This document shows, piece after piece, positions 1 to 9,099 of a stretch of 63,313 nucleotides of DNA (positions are counted from its first letter, which is position 1; the number at the start of each line of letters is the position of its first letter). Both the position numbers and the translations under genes were made by a program. Source of the stretch: an uncultured Oscillospiraceae bacterium (GTDB taxonomy: Bacteria; Bacillota; Clostridia; Oscillospirales; Oscillospiraceae); NCBI GenBank assembly GCA_904395905.1, contig CAJFNZ010000116.1, forward strand, positions 1 to 63,313. Reading direction: 5' to 3'. The notes below the pieces were generated by a model that saw nothing but the letters and a program-made list of their open reading frames with translations, was not told the origin of the DNA and did no database searches.

Positions 1-85
1 AAGCCCTTTCGGTTGCTTGAATAACTTCTTCAAAAATATTGTCTAACTTTTCGGGGTCACTTCACCATGGACGGCAGCCCGGTTT

Positions 86-859
86 TTACGGTTCCGGATT
101 GGGGTACAGGCACCGGACGTGCAGCTGCTCGAAGAGCCGGAGCCAGGTGCGGCTGGGCTCCCGGTTGGTGACCACGCAGTCCACGCCGGTGAGGTCGGCG
201 ATTTTAATGAACGAGATCTTGTCGAACTTGGAGGAGTCCACCGCCAAAATCTTCTGGTTGGCCGAGGCCATCATGGCCTGCTTGGTGGAGGAGTGGAACT
301 CGCTGGAGTCGGTAATCCCCGCCGCCGGGTCGATGCCCTTGCAGGAGAGAATCGCCTTGTCCACGTGGTAGTTCCGGAGCATCTGGTGGCACTGGGAGCC
401 CACCAGGGCCAGGGTGTCCGGCTTGAGGCGGCCGCCGGTGGAGAGGATGTTCCAGCCCTCCACGTCGCTCAGCTCCACCACAATCTCCACGGAGTTGGTA
501 ATCACCGTCAGCTCCTTCTTCTCCTTGAGCTGCTTGGCGATGTACAGGGAGGTGGAGCTGTCGTCGAGCATGATGTGGTCGCCGTCCACGATGTTGGCGC
601 AGACCAGCTGGGCGATGAGCCGCTTGGCCTCCACGTTGGTCTTGTTGCGGATGGTGTAGGAGAGGTCGGTCTTGGTGCTGTTGCCCCAGATGGCCCCGCC
701 GTAGGTCTTGGTGGCGTAGCCCTCTTTTTCCAGCTTGTCCAGATCCCGCCGGATGGTCTCCTCGGTGACGCCGTAGTGGGCAGCCAGTTGGCTGACCAGG
801 ACCCGCTGCTCGGTGCGCAGCTTGTTGAGGATTTCGTTTTTCCGTTCGATTGCCAGCAT
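86..859 (-). CDS. DeoR/GlpR family transcriptional regulator
   Basis: N-terminal HTH 'ERKNEIL...LAAHYGVTEETIRRDLDKLE...TYGGA', followed by the DeoR sensor domain 'IMLDDSSTS', 'VITNS', 'VDSSKF'. Start moved to ATG 859, which follows an AAGGA RBS. Confidence 0.93.
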   Translation of the reverse strand: MLAIERKNEILNKLRTEQRVLVSQLAAHYGVTEETIRRDLDKLEKEGYATKTYGGAIWGNSTKTDLSYTIRNKTNVEAKRLIAQLVCANIVDGDHIMLDDSSTSLYIAKQLKEKKELTVITNSVEIVVELSDVEGWNILSTGGRLKPDTLALVGSQCHQMLRNYHVDKAILSCKGIDPAAGITDSSEFHSSTKQAMMASANQKILAVDSSKFDKISFIKIADLTGVDCVVTNREPSRTWLRLFEQLHVRCLYPNPEP

Positions 860-1028
860 GGTGACACCGTCCTTGCCCGCCGAAGCGGTTGGTAGCGCTT
901 GGTGTACGTTTCTCAATACCATGCGCGCCGCCGCGCGTCGCGCGGCCTCTGGGGACATTATATCAGCAGCATGACGGAAATGCAAGGAAAACCACGTGGA
1001 CTGTTATGGTTTTTTGTTGGGTTGCCTT

Positions 1029-4000
1029 CTATTCGATGGACTTGAGGGACTCGGCCATGGGGATTTTCTGGAGCTTGCGATACATCACGGCGTTGACCAC
1101 CGCGGCGAAGACGAAGGTCAGCGCGAAGGAGAACAGATAGCTCAGGGGCGCCACCCGGACCTCGAAGTGCATCATGTCGATGCGGATCTGGGCCATGACG
1201 TAGGCGTGGAGCAGCCGTCCCAGGGCGATGCCCGCCAGGGCGCCCAGGCCCGTCAGGACGACGTTCTCCCGGAAGACATAGGCCGCCGTCTCGCCGGGGT
1301 AGAAGCCCAGCACCTTGATGGTGGCAATCTCCCGGATCCGCTCGGTGATGTTGATGTTGGTCAGGTTGTAGAGGACGATGAAGGCCAGGCTGCCGGCGCA
1401 GAGGATAATCAGCACCACCACATAGTCCAGACTGCTCAGGGTGGAGCCCATCCGGTCGCGCATGTCGGCGTTGACCGACACGGCGGCCACGCCCTCGTAG
1501 TCCAGCAGCTGGGCGGCCGCCTGGTGGGGGTCCGCCCCCGACGGGCTGACCACGTAGGCCGACTGGACGTCCAGGGCCTCGCCCAGCTGTTCCCGGGCCG
1601 TCTCCGGCGTCAGGAAGAGGTAGTGGTAGACGTAGTTGTCAAAAATCCCCGAGACGGTCACTGTCATCACCCGGTTGTCGCCGTCCCGGACCGTGAGGGT
1701 GTCGCCCACAGACACCTGGAGGCGCTCGGCCAGACCGACGGTAATCATGGCCTCACCGTCGCCGGGATAGGCCACGGGGCTGTCCCCACGGTGGAAGTCC
1801 CAGACCTGGGCCATGTCGTCGCCGGCAACCACCAGATTGACCGACGTCGTCGTGTCGCCGGCGCTGACGTCCACGGTGGCCCCGTGGAAGAACACCGCCC
1901 GCTCCACCGACGGGGTGCAGTCGCGCAGGAAGGCGGCCTGGTCCTGGGTGCTCATGGCGTCCTGGAACGTCACCTGGCTGTCGTAGAGGGAGATCTCGTC
2001 GAACTGATAGTCCACGATGTTGGAGATGGAATCGCGGATGCCGAAGCCCGTCAGGAGCAGGGCCGTACAGCCGCCGATGCCCAGAACCATCATGAAGAGG
2101 CGCTTCTTGTAGCGGAAGATATTCCGGACCGAGACCTTGTGGAGGAAGGAGAGATGCCGCCACAGCAGGGGAATCCGCTCGAGGAGGATCCGCTTGCCCA
2201 CCTTGGGGGCCTTGGGGCGAATCAGCTCGGCGGCAACCTCCTTCAGGGAGGTGCGGCAGACCATCCACGTGGAGCCCAGGGCGCACAGCAGGTACAGCCC
2301 GATGGAGGAGAACGCCAGCCCGATGTCCAGCACGAACTCGATGGGGCAGTGGAAGCTGTACATGATGCCGTAGACCACCCAGAAGACCCGGGGGAACAGC
2401 CAGCTGCCGGCCAGGTAGCCCACCAGGCACCCCAGCAGGGAGGCGCTGGCGGCGTAGAGCAGGTATTTGCCCATGATGGCGCCGTTGCTGTATCCCAGGG
2501 CCTTGAGGACGCCGATTTTCGTCCGCTCGTCCTCCACCATCCGCGTCATGGTGGTGATGCACACCAGGGCCGCCACCAGGAAGAAGAACAGCGGGAACAC
2601 CCGGGCCACGCTGGAGACAATGTTCGTGTCGTTTTCAAAGCAGACGTAGCCCACGTTGGCCTCGCGGCCCAGCAGATAGACCTCCGGGTATGCCAAATCG
2701 GCCAGCTCGGCCTCGCCGTCCTCCAGTTCCGCCTGGCCGTCGCGGATCTCGTCCGACGCCTCGGCCAGCTGGTCCTGGGCCTCCTGGCGGCCGGATTGGT
2801 ATTCCCGGACGCCGTCCGTATAGGCCCATTCGCCGTCTTCCAGCTCCTGGAGGCTGTCCTCCAACTGGGCCCGGCCGGCCGCCGCTTCGGCATCCAGCTG
2901 GGCCTGGCCGGCCGCCAGGGCCGCGGTGCCGTCTTGGTACTGCTGCCAGCTGTCGTCCAACTGCTGCCGGGCCGCCTCGGTCTCGGCCCAGCCGTCGTCC
3001 AGCTCCCTCCGGGAGGCCTCCAGCTCCGCCTGGGCCGCCTCCAGCTGGACCCGGCCCGCCTCCATTTCCCGGGCCGAGTCGGCCAGAAGGGCCTGCGCTT
3101 CGTTCAGCTGCGCCTCGGTGTCGTCCAGCTGCTCCTTGGCGGCCGTCAGCTGGGCCTCCGAAGTCTCCAGCCGGGCGGCGGTGGCCTCCAGGACCTGGCG
3201 GCTGTCCTCCAGCTGGGCCCAGGCGTCCAGGGCGGCCTCCGCCTGGTCGTACTGGGCCAGCAGGAGCGCGGCCTGATGCAGGGCCGCCGTGTCCGGCAGC
3301 AGGGGATTGCCCAGGGCGGCCAGGACCGGGTCGAGTATCGAAGCCAGCAGGGGATAGGCGGGGTCGGCCTCATTGGCCAGGACCTCCAGCAGCGCCGTCC
3401 CGTCTGCAATGCCCAGGCTGGGCGGCAGCTGGGCCGCCAGGGTTTCCGCCAGGGGCTCCAGGGTCCGCCGCAGGAGGGCCACCGCCGCCTGGTTCTCCGC
3501 GACCAGGGCCCGGAGCGCTTCTATCGTCGTGCCCGCGGCCGCCAGCTGCTGCTCCAGCCGGGCTGCGCCCAGCTGGTACTGTTGAAGGCCGCTCTGATAC
3601 TGGCTGCGGCCGCTCTCGTACTGGGTCAGGCCCGCCTGATACGAGGCCAGGCCCGCCTGGTATTGCGCCACGCCGTCCTCATAGGCGGCCAGGCTCTCCT
3701 CATAGAGGGCTTTCCCGTCCTCATAGGCGGCCACGGCGTCGAGATAGGCCGCAAGGCCCTCCTGGTATTGCTGCTCGCCGTCCTCCAGCCGGGCCGCGCC
3801 GTCGGCGTACTGGGCCTCGCCGTCCTCCAGCTCCGACAGGGCGTCTTCCAGCTGCCGGCGGTTTTCCTCCAGCAGCTGCTGTGCGGCGTCGGTCTCCGCC
3901 AGGAGGGTGTCCCAGCCCTCCTGCCAGGCCGCCCAGCCGTCGTCCAGCTCGTCCCGGGCGTCGTCCAGCTCCTCCCGGCCGTCCCAGAGCGCTTCCTCCG

Positions 4001-4829
4001 CCTCCAGGCGGCCCTCGGTGTAGGCGGCCCGGGCGTCCTCCAGTTCGGCCCAGCCGTCGTCCAGCTCCGTCCGGGCGTCGTTGTAGAGGGTCTGGTAGCG
4101 CAGATCCGCCCGCAGGTTCAGCAGGGACTCCATCTGGGGCTCATACTGGTCCGTCAGGGCGTCGTACGCCTCGGAGTAGAGGGGGGCGGTCCGGCCGAGA
4201 CGGACGTAGAGTTCCGTATAGTAGTCGGCGGAAAAGGCTTCCCGGGGCAGGTAGACGAAGCAGGAGACCGTGCCGTTGCCCAGGCTGGTGCTGCCCCGCT
4301 CGTAGTTCAGATAGAGGGGGGAGACCGCCAGGCCCACAATGGTGAACTGGCGGCCGGAGAAGGCGTCCAGGGTGTCCTGGTCGTTGGCGTCGGAGAGGGT
4401 CAGCGTCGTCCCCAGGTCCGCCTCGGTGAAGGCGTCGGCGTCGGCCAGGCACTCACCGGCCGTCTGGGGCATCCGCCCGGCGGTCAGATCCGCACGGTTC
4501 ACTTGCGTTGTCAAGGAAAGAAAAGAAGCCACCTGGTCCGACCCGTCGGCCGCCGTGTAGAGGGCGTCTTGGGTGAGGGAACCCTCGGCGGCCGCCACAA
4601 AGGGCAGGCCGCGGAAGGCCGCCACGTCCTCGTCGGTGAACCCCAGGGTGGACAGGAGGCGGTAATCATAAAAGAGGAGGTCTTGGAGATACTGGTCTCC
4701 GGTGTTGACCATGGCGGTGCGGGAGACCCGCAGGCCGGCGAAGAGGCCGACGCCCAGGGCGATGATGGCGGCGATGGCCAGGAACTTGCCCAGGGTGGTG
4801 CGGATGTCCCGGAAGGATAGCTTCAGCAT
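1029..4829 (-). CDS. ABC transporter permease (FtsX/MacB-like, two permease halves) with very long coiled-coil insert
   Basis: 'KFLAIAAIIALGVGLFAGL', 'TMTRMVEDERTKIGVLKALGY', 'NITERIREIATIKVLGF'. Central acidic, Ala/Gln-rich heptad region. Confidence 0.9.
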   Translation of the reverse strand: MLKLSFRDIRTTLGKFLAIAAIIALGVGLFAGLRVSRTAMVNTGDQYLQDLLFYDYRLLSTLGFTDEDVAAFRGLPFVAAAEGSLTQDALYTAADGSDQVASFLSLTTQVNRADLTAGRMPQTAGECLADADAFTEADLGTTLTLSDANDQDTLDAFSGRQFTIVGLAVSPLYLNYERGSTSLGNGTVSCFVYLPREAFSADYYTELYVRLGRTAPLYSEAYDALTDQYEPQMESLLNLRADLRYQTLYNDARTELDDGWAELEDARAAYTEGRLEAEEALWDGREELDDARDELDDGWAAWQEGWDTLLAETDAAQQLLEENRRQLEDALSELEDGEAQYADGAARLEDGEQQYQEGLAAYLDAVAAYEDGKALYEESLAAYEDGVAQYQAGLASYQAGLTQYESGRSQYQSGLQQYQLGAARLEQQLAAAGTTIEALRALVAENQAAVALLRRTLEPLAETLAAQLPPSLGIADGTALLEVLANEADPAYPLLASILDPVLAALGNPLLPDTAALHQAALLLAQYDQAEAALDAWAQLEDSRQVLEATAARLETSEAQLTAAKEQLDDTEAQLNEAQALLADSAREMEAGRVQLEAAQAELEASRRELDDGWAETEAARQQLDDSWQQYQDGTAALAAGQAQLDAEAAAGRAQLEDSLQELEDGEWAYTDGVREYQSGRQEAQDQLAEASDEIRDGQAELEDGEAELADLAYPEVYLLGREANVGYVCFENDTNIVSSVARVFPLFFFLVAALVCITTMTRMVEDERTKIGVLKALGYSNGAIMGKYLLYAASASLLGCLVGYLAGSWLFPRVFWVVYGIMYSFHCPIEFVLDIGLAFSSIGLYLLCALGSTWMVCRTSLKEVAAELIRPKAPKVGKRILLERIPLLWRHLSFLHKVSVRNIFRYKKRLFMMVLGIGGCTALLLTGFGIRDSISNIVDYQFDEISLYDSQVTFQDAMSTQDQAAFLRDCTPSVERAVFFHGATVDVSAGDTTTSVNLVVAGDDMAQVWDFHRGDSPVAYPGDGEAMITVGLAERLQVSVGDTLTVRDGDNRVMTVTVSGIFDNYVYHYLFLTPETAREQLGEALDVQSAYVVSPSGADPHQAAAQLLDYEGVAAVSVNADMRDRMGSTLSSLDYVVVLIILCAGSLAFIVLYNLTNINITERIREIATIKVLGFYPGETAAYVFRENVVLTGLGALAGIALGRLLHAYVMAQIRIDMMHFEVRVAPLSYLFSFALTFVFAAVVNAVMYRKLQKIPMAESLKSIE

Positions 4830-4833
4830 AGGC

Positions 4834-5538
4834 TCACCAGTCGATGTCCTCCACCGGCGTCACGTGCTCGTTGCGCCCCATGGAGGAGATGGTGCCGCTC
4901 TTGATGGAGATGACCCGGTCGGCCATGGCCGTCAGGGCCTTGTTGTGGGTGATGATGACGATGGTCATGCCGGTGCGGCGGCAGGTGTCCTGCAGCAGCT
5001 TCAGCACGGCCTTGCCGGTGGCGTAGTCCAGCGCGCCGGTGGGCTCGTCGCAGAGGAGGAGCTTGGGGTTTTTGGCCAGGGCGCGGGCGATGGCCACCCG
5101 CTGCTGCTCGCCGCCGGACAGCTGGGCCGGGAAGTTGCCGGCCCGGTGCTCCAGGCCCACCTGCCGCAGGACCTCCATGGGGTCCAGCGGGTCCAGGCAG
5201 ATCTGGGAGGCCAGCTCCACGTTCTCCAGCGCCGTCAGGTTGGGAATCAGGTTGTAGAACTGGAAGACGAAACCGATGTCGTACCGGCGATAGGTGGTCA
5301 GCTGCTTCTGGTTGTAGGCGGAAATCTCCTGCCCATCCAGAAAGATGTGGCCGGAAGTCAGGGTATCCATGCCGCCGAGGATGTTCAGCAGCGTCGTCTT
5401 GCCGGCGCCGGAGGCGCCGACGATGACGCAGATTTCCCCCTGTTCAACGGTAAAGCTGACGTCGTGGAGGGCCCGGGTCTCGACGGAACCGGTGGTGTAC
5501 ACCTTCGACACGGCGATTGCCTCAATAAAGTGTTCCAT
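4834..5538 (-). CDS. ABC transporter ATP-binding protein (LolD/MacB-like)
   Basis: Walker A GASGAGKT, signature LSGGEQQRV, Walker [14 protein letters not shown]-loop ITHN. Confidence 0.95.
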   Translation of the reverse strand: MEHFIEAIAVSKVYTTGSVETRALHDVSFTVEQGEICVIVGASGAGKTTLLNILGGMDTLTSGHIFLDGQEISAYNQKQLTTYRRYDIGFVFQFYNLIPNLTALENVELASQICLDPLDPMEVLRQVGLEHRAGNFPAQLSGGEQQRVAIARALAKNPKLLLCDEPTGALDYATGKAVLKLLQDTCRRTGMTIVIITHNKALTAMADRVISIKSGTISSMGRNEHVTPVEDIDW

Positions 5539-5577
5539 GGGCATCCCTCGTGTTCGGTTATGTTAACGTTTGACTTC

Positions 5578-5607
5578 AGTATAGCAATGGGCGGCGGCGG
5601 CTGTCAA
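5578..5607 (-). promoter_or_regulatory. sigmaA promoter of the ABC exporter operon
   Basis: Minus strand TTGACA-N18-TATACT with TGn extension. Confidence 0.7.
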
Positions 5608-5685
5608 TGGACGATTTCCCCGTTTTTGTTCACCGTCCCTCCGGCGCGCGCCCGGAAAAAAGTTGTCGGAAACGAAAAAAAGCGG

Positions 5686-5714
5686 TTGCTTTTCCCGCAT
5701 GGGTCTGGTAACAT
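5686..5714 (+). promoter_or_regulatory. sigmaA promoter of the MBOAT-DHHW operon
   Basis: TTGCTT-N17-TAACAT with TGn extension. Confidence 0.5.
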
Positions 5715-5765
5715 AAATCACGGTACAGCCGTTCATGTTATGTAAATCTGTGGGAGAAAGAGAAC

Positions 5766-7187
5766 GTGGTTTTTTCCAGTCTGACATTTTTGTGCTTGTT
5801 TCTGCCGGCGTGTGTTCTTCTGTATTTTGCCGGTCGTCCAATCGCATATCGAAATTGGATTTTAGTAGGATTCAGCCTGTTTTTCTATGCGTGGGGAGAG
5901 CCTGTCTATGTGCTGGTGCTGATAGCCTCCGCGCTGGTCAACTATGTCTTCGGCCGGACCATTGCGTCTTCCCGGACGCGGCGGCGGGCCAAGGGGCTGA
6001 TGATTGCCTCGGTAATCTTCAATCTGGCGCTCCTGGGGTATTTCAAGTACATCGGCTTTTTAGTGGAGAACCTGAACCATCTGGGTCTCGGCCTGCCGGT
6101 GCCCCAGGTGGTGCTGCCCATCGGCATTTCCTTCTATACGTTCCAGACCCTCTCCTATGTGGTGGACGTCTACCGGGGCGACGTGCAGGTGCAGAAGTCC
6201 TTCCGGGATTTCCTGCTGTTCGTCTCGCTGTTCCCCCAGCTGATTGCCGGGCCCATCGTCCGCTATTCGGAGATTGCCCCGCAGATGAGCCGCCGGAACG
6301 TGGAGATGTCGTCGATTTTTTACGGGGTCTTCCGCTTCTGCTCCGGCCTGGGAAAGAAGGTCCTGCTGGCCAATTATGCCGGGCGCATCGCAACCCAGCT
6401 GCTCGACGGCGATTTGGCGACGGCCACCACCCTGGGGACGTGGCTGGGCATCCTGATGTACACCTTTCAGATTTACTTCGATTTTTCCGGATACTCCGAT
6501 ATGGCCATCGGCCTGGGGCGGGTGTTCGGGTTCCGATACGCGGAGAATTTTAACCTTCCTTACATTTCCAAATCCATCACGGAGTTCTGGCGCCGGTGGC
6601 ACATCTCCCTGAGCAGCTTCTTCCGCGATTATGTCTACATCCCCCTGGGCGGCAACCGCCGGCACCGGACGGTGAATCTGCTGGTGGTGTGGGTGCTGAC
6701 CGGTCTGTGGCACGGGGCCAGCTGGAACTTCGCCCTCTGGGGCCTCTATTTCTTCATTTTGCTGCTCATTGAGAAGCAGTGCCTGCCGCTGCTCGCCAAA
6801 ATCCCGGGGATTCTCCGCCAGCTGGCGACCTTCTTCCTGGTGGTGCTGGGCTGGGTGCTGTTCTACTGCACCGATATGACCCGGCTCGTCCAGACCCTGG
6901 GCCTGCTCTTCGGCGTGGGCGGCGCGGGGCTGACCAGTGGACAGATTCACATCACGCTGCTCAACAATGTGCCGCTGCTGCTGCTGTGCGCCGTGGGCAG
7001 TACCCAGCTGCCCCGGTTCCTGGGGATGCTGTTCACGGGCCTCTGCGCCGAGGACCGCCGGAAGAAACCCAGGAAGCGGATCCTCTACACCTGTGTCATC
7101 TACGTCTTCGACGTGGTGGTGCTGGCCCTGTCGGTGATTTCTCTGATTGGCTCCAGCTTCAACCCGTTTCTCTATTTCCGGTTCTAA
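5766..7187 (+). CDS. MBOAT family O-acyltransferase (AlgI/PatA/DltB-like)
   Basis: 'LPIGISFYTFQ', 'FPQLIAGPIVRY', 'QIYFDFSGYSDMAIG', 'EFWRRWHISLS', 'GLWHGA' (catalytic His), C-terminal 'NPFLYFRF'. Confidence 0.95.
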   Translation: MVFSSLTFLCLFLPACVLLYFAGRPIAYRNWILVGFSLFFYAWGEPVYVLVLIASALVNYVFGRTIASSRTRRRAKGLMIASVIFNLALLGYFKYIGFLVENLNHLGLGLPVPQVVLPIGISFYTFQTLSYVVDVYRGDVQVQKSFRDFLLFVSLFPQLIAGPIVRYSEIAPQMSRRNVEMSSIFYGVFRFCSGLGKKVLLANYAGRIATQLLDGDLATATTLGTWLGILMYTFQIYFDFSGYSDMAIGLGRVFGFRYAENFNLPYISKSITEFWRRWHISLSSFFRDYVYIPLGGNRRHRTVNLLVVWVLTGLWHGASWNFALWGLYFFILLLIEKQCLPLLAKIPGILRQLATFFLVVLGWVLFYCTDMTRLVQTLGLLFGVGGAGLTSGQIHITLLNNVPLLLLCAVGSTQLPRFLGMLFTGLCAEDRRKKPRKRILYTCVIYVFDVVVLALSVISLIGSSFNPFLYFRF

Positions 7188-7199
7188 GGAGGCTGTCCG

Positions 7200-8639
7200 G
7201 TGAAAAAACTCTATCTGGCGCTGATGGTCACCCTGCTGGCGGCCCTGACGGGACTGGGCGTTCTCTCCCTGGTGGACACGGATCCCACCTTCCTCCCGTC
7301 GGAGAACCGTCCGATTACCAAGCCGCAGTTCACCTGGAGCGCCCTGGCGGACGGGTCCTATATGCAGTCGGTGGAAAGCTATTACGCCGACACGTTCCCC
7401 TTCCACGAGCAGCTGATGAAGCTGAATCGGCAGCTGAACCAGTTCTACTACTATTCCGGCAACGACAACTACCTGGCGCTGGACTTCACCGGCGGCGCAG
7501 AGCAGGGGGGCGAGTCGCTCCACGACGTTCAGAACGCGCTGGACGGCCAGAGCGGGGCGCAGGACGCCACCTCCGATACCACGACATCGCAGGAGCCGCC
7601 TGCCCAGTCGGACGGGGCGGATGCAACGACCGACGGCGAGACGCCGGCTTCCGGAGAGACGACGACGGATATGCCGCAGGTTGACATCCCGGACGAGAGC
7701 CAGGCCACCTCCATCGGCACCATTATCGTCGTGGGCGACAACGCCATGGACATCCCGACGGCGACCGATTCGGTCATCGTCTCCTATGCCGACGCCGTGA
7801 CCAACCTGGCGGCGGCCATGGGGGACGGCGTGCGGACGCTTTCGCTGGTGACGCCCAATTCCGGTGAGTTCTACTCCCCGGAGAGCTTCCACACCGGCTC
7901 CCACTCCCAGAAGGCGATGATTGACCTCTGCTATGAGTCCATGGGGGATTCGGTCGTCACGGTGGACGCCTACTCGGCCCTCCAGGCCCACGCCGACGAA
8001 TATCTGTATTTCCGCACCGACCACCACTGGACGGCCCTGGGCGCCTACTACGCCTATACCCAGTACTGCGCCGCGGCCGGGTTCGAGCCGGTGCCGCTGG
8101 AGCAGTTTGAAACCGGCACGTATGAGAACTTCCTGGGGACCATGTACACCTACACCGAGAACTATCCCCAGAGCGAGGCCCTGCGGGAGAATCCGGACAC
8201 GCTGACGTATTATCTCCCCATCGTCGAGACCCACGCCCGGTACTACTCCGACACGACCCTGTCCGACGGAATCCCCATCAGCGTGGTCTATACGGGCCTG
8301 GCGGAGAACGTGGCCAACAAGTATCTCTGCTTCATCGGCGGCGACACGCCGGTGTGCATCATTGAGACGGCCGTCGAGAACGGCCCGGTCTGTATGGTGG
8401 TCAAGGAGTCCTACGGCAACGCGCTGGTGCCGTTCCTCACGAGCCATTACAGCAAGATTGTGGTCATCGACCCCCGGGAGTTCAACCAGGAGGGGAAACC
8501 GTCTCTGGACCTACCGGCCTTTGCCGCGGAGCAGGGGGTGGACGACCTGCTGGTCATCAACTATCCGTTTATGATTAACAACAGCTTCTATGTGAGCCTG
8601 CTCAACCGGCTGGTTCCCGCCGACGCTGCGGCGTCCTGA
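7200..8639 (+). CDS. DHHW family protein (AlgJ/AlgX-like extracellular O-acetyltransferase partner)
   Basis: N-terminal TM, 'ENR' motif, 'YFRTDHHWT', 'KESYGN'. Lies 12 bp after the MBOAT gene. Confidence 0.88.
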   Translation: MKKLYLALMVTLLAALTGLGVLSLVDTDPTFLPSENRPITKPQFTWSALADGSYMQSVESYYADTFPFHEQLMKLNRQLNQFYYYSGNDNYLALDFTGGAEQGGESLHDVQNALDGQSGAQDATSDTTTSQEPPAQSDGADATTDGETPASGETTTDMPQVDIPDESQATSIGTIIVVGDNAMDIPTATDSVIVSYADAVTNLAAAMGDGVRTLSLVTPNSGEFYSPESFHTGSHSQKAMIDLCYESMGDSVVTVDAYSALQAHADEYLYFRTDHHWTALGAYYAYTQYCAAAGFEPVPLEQFETGTYENFLGTMYTYTENYPQSEALRENPDTLTYYLPIVETHARYYSDTTLSDGIPISVVYTGLAENVANKYLCFIGGDTPVCIIETAVENGPVCMVVKESYGNALVPFLTSHYSKIVVIDPREFNQEGKPSLDLPAFAAEQGVDDLLVINYPFMINNSFYVSLLNRLVPADAAAS

Positions 8640-8677
8640 GAAGAACGGCCCGGCGGCGCGAAAAACGGCGGCTCCCT

Positions 8678-8705
8678 CTTAAATTTTGCGAATTTTGGAC
8701 GATAT
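8678..8705 (+). promoter_or_regulatory. putative sigma28 (FliA/SigD) promoter of comFB
   Basis: CTTA-aattttgcgaattttg-GACGATAT, with the same spacing as the cheA and fliD elements. Confidence 0.7.
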
Positions 8706-8758
8706 GAGAAATAGAGGGAGGTGGGCCAGCCCCATCCCCAGGAAGGAGCTGCACATTT

Positions 8759-9028
8759 GTGAGTATTGCCTATCACAACCTGATGGAGGACATCGTGCTT
8801 CCGTATGTCGATTCCATGCTGGCGGCCGACGGGGGCTGCAGCTGCGACGCGTGCAAATCGGACATCATCGCCTATGCGCTGAACCATCTGCCGCCCCGGT
8901 ATGTGGCCACCGACAGGGGCCGTATGCTGGTGAAGCTGGGAAGCTATGAGGCGCAGTTCCGGACCGACGTCATCGCGGCCCTGGGCGAAGCCATTCGGGT
9001 CATCCGGGCGAACCCCCGGCATCAGTGA
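8759..9028 (+). CDS. comFB: Standalone ComFB family protein (putative c-di-NMP receptor)
   Basis: 'HNLMED', CxCxxC ('CSCDAC'), 'ALNHLPPRYV', C-terminal 'NPRH'. TTG start after an AGGAAGGAG RBS. Confidence 0.88.
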   Translation: MSIAYHNLMEDIVLPYVDSMLAADGGCSCDACKSDIIAYALNHLPPRYVATDRGRMLVKLGSYEAQFRTDVIAALGEAIRVIRANPRHQ

Positions 9029-9049
9029 CGGGAACGGACCGGACGCAAA

Positions 9050-9098
9050 ACGCGGACTGCCGCGGGGAGGGGAAACCCTTTCCGGCGGCAGTCCGCGT
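9050..9098. terminator. Bidirectional terminator hairpin between comFB and cheB
   Basis: Perfect 14-bp stem acgcggactgccgc/gcggcagtccgcgt plus an inner stem with GAAA loop, flanked by A and T tracts. Confidence 0.8.
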
Positions 9099-9099
9099 C

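Noticed and set aside
988-1014. Inverted repeat aaaacca...tggtttt between the permease stop and the DeoR gene
   Set aside because: Short and AT-rich. It could be a weak terminator or operator, but cannot be supported from one copy.
996-4820. Very long antisense ORFs (also 16000-20664, 20990-24088, 28891-31584, 41713-44838, 10990-13590)
   Set aside because: Shadow frames of real genes caused by high GC3. They show no recognisable motifs and mirror well-supported CDSs on the opposite strand.
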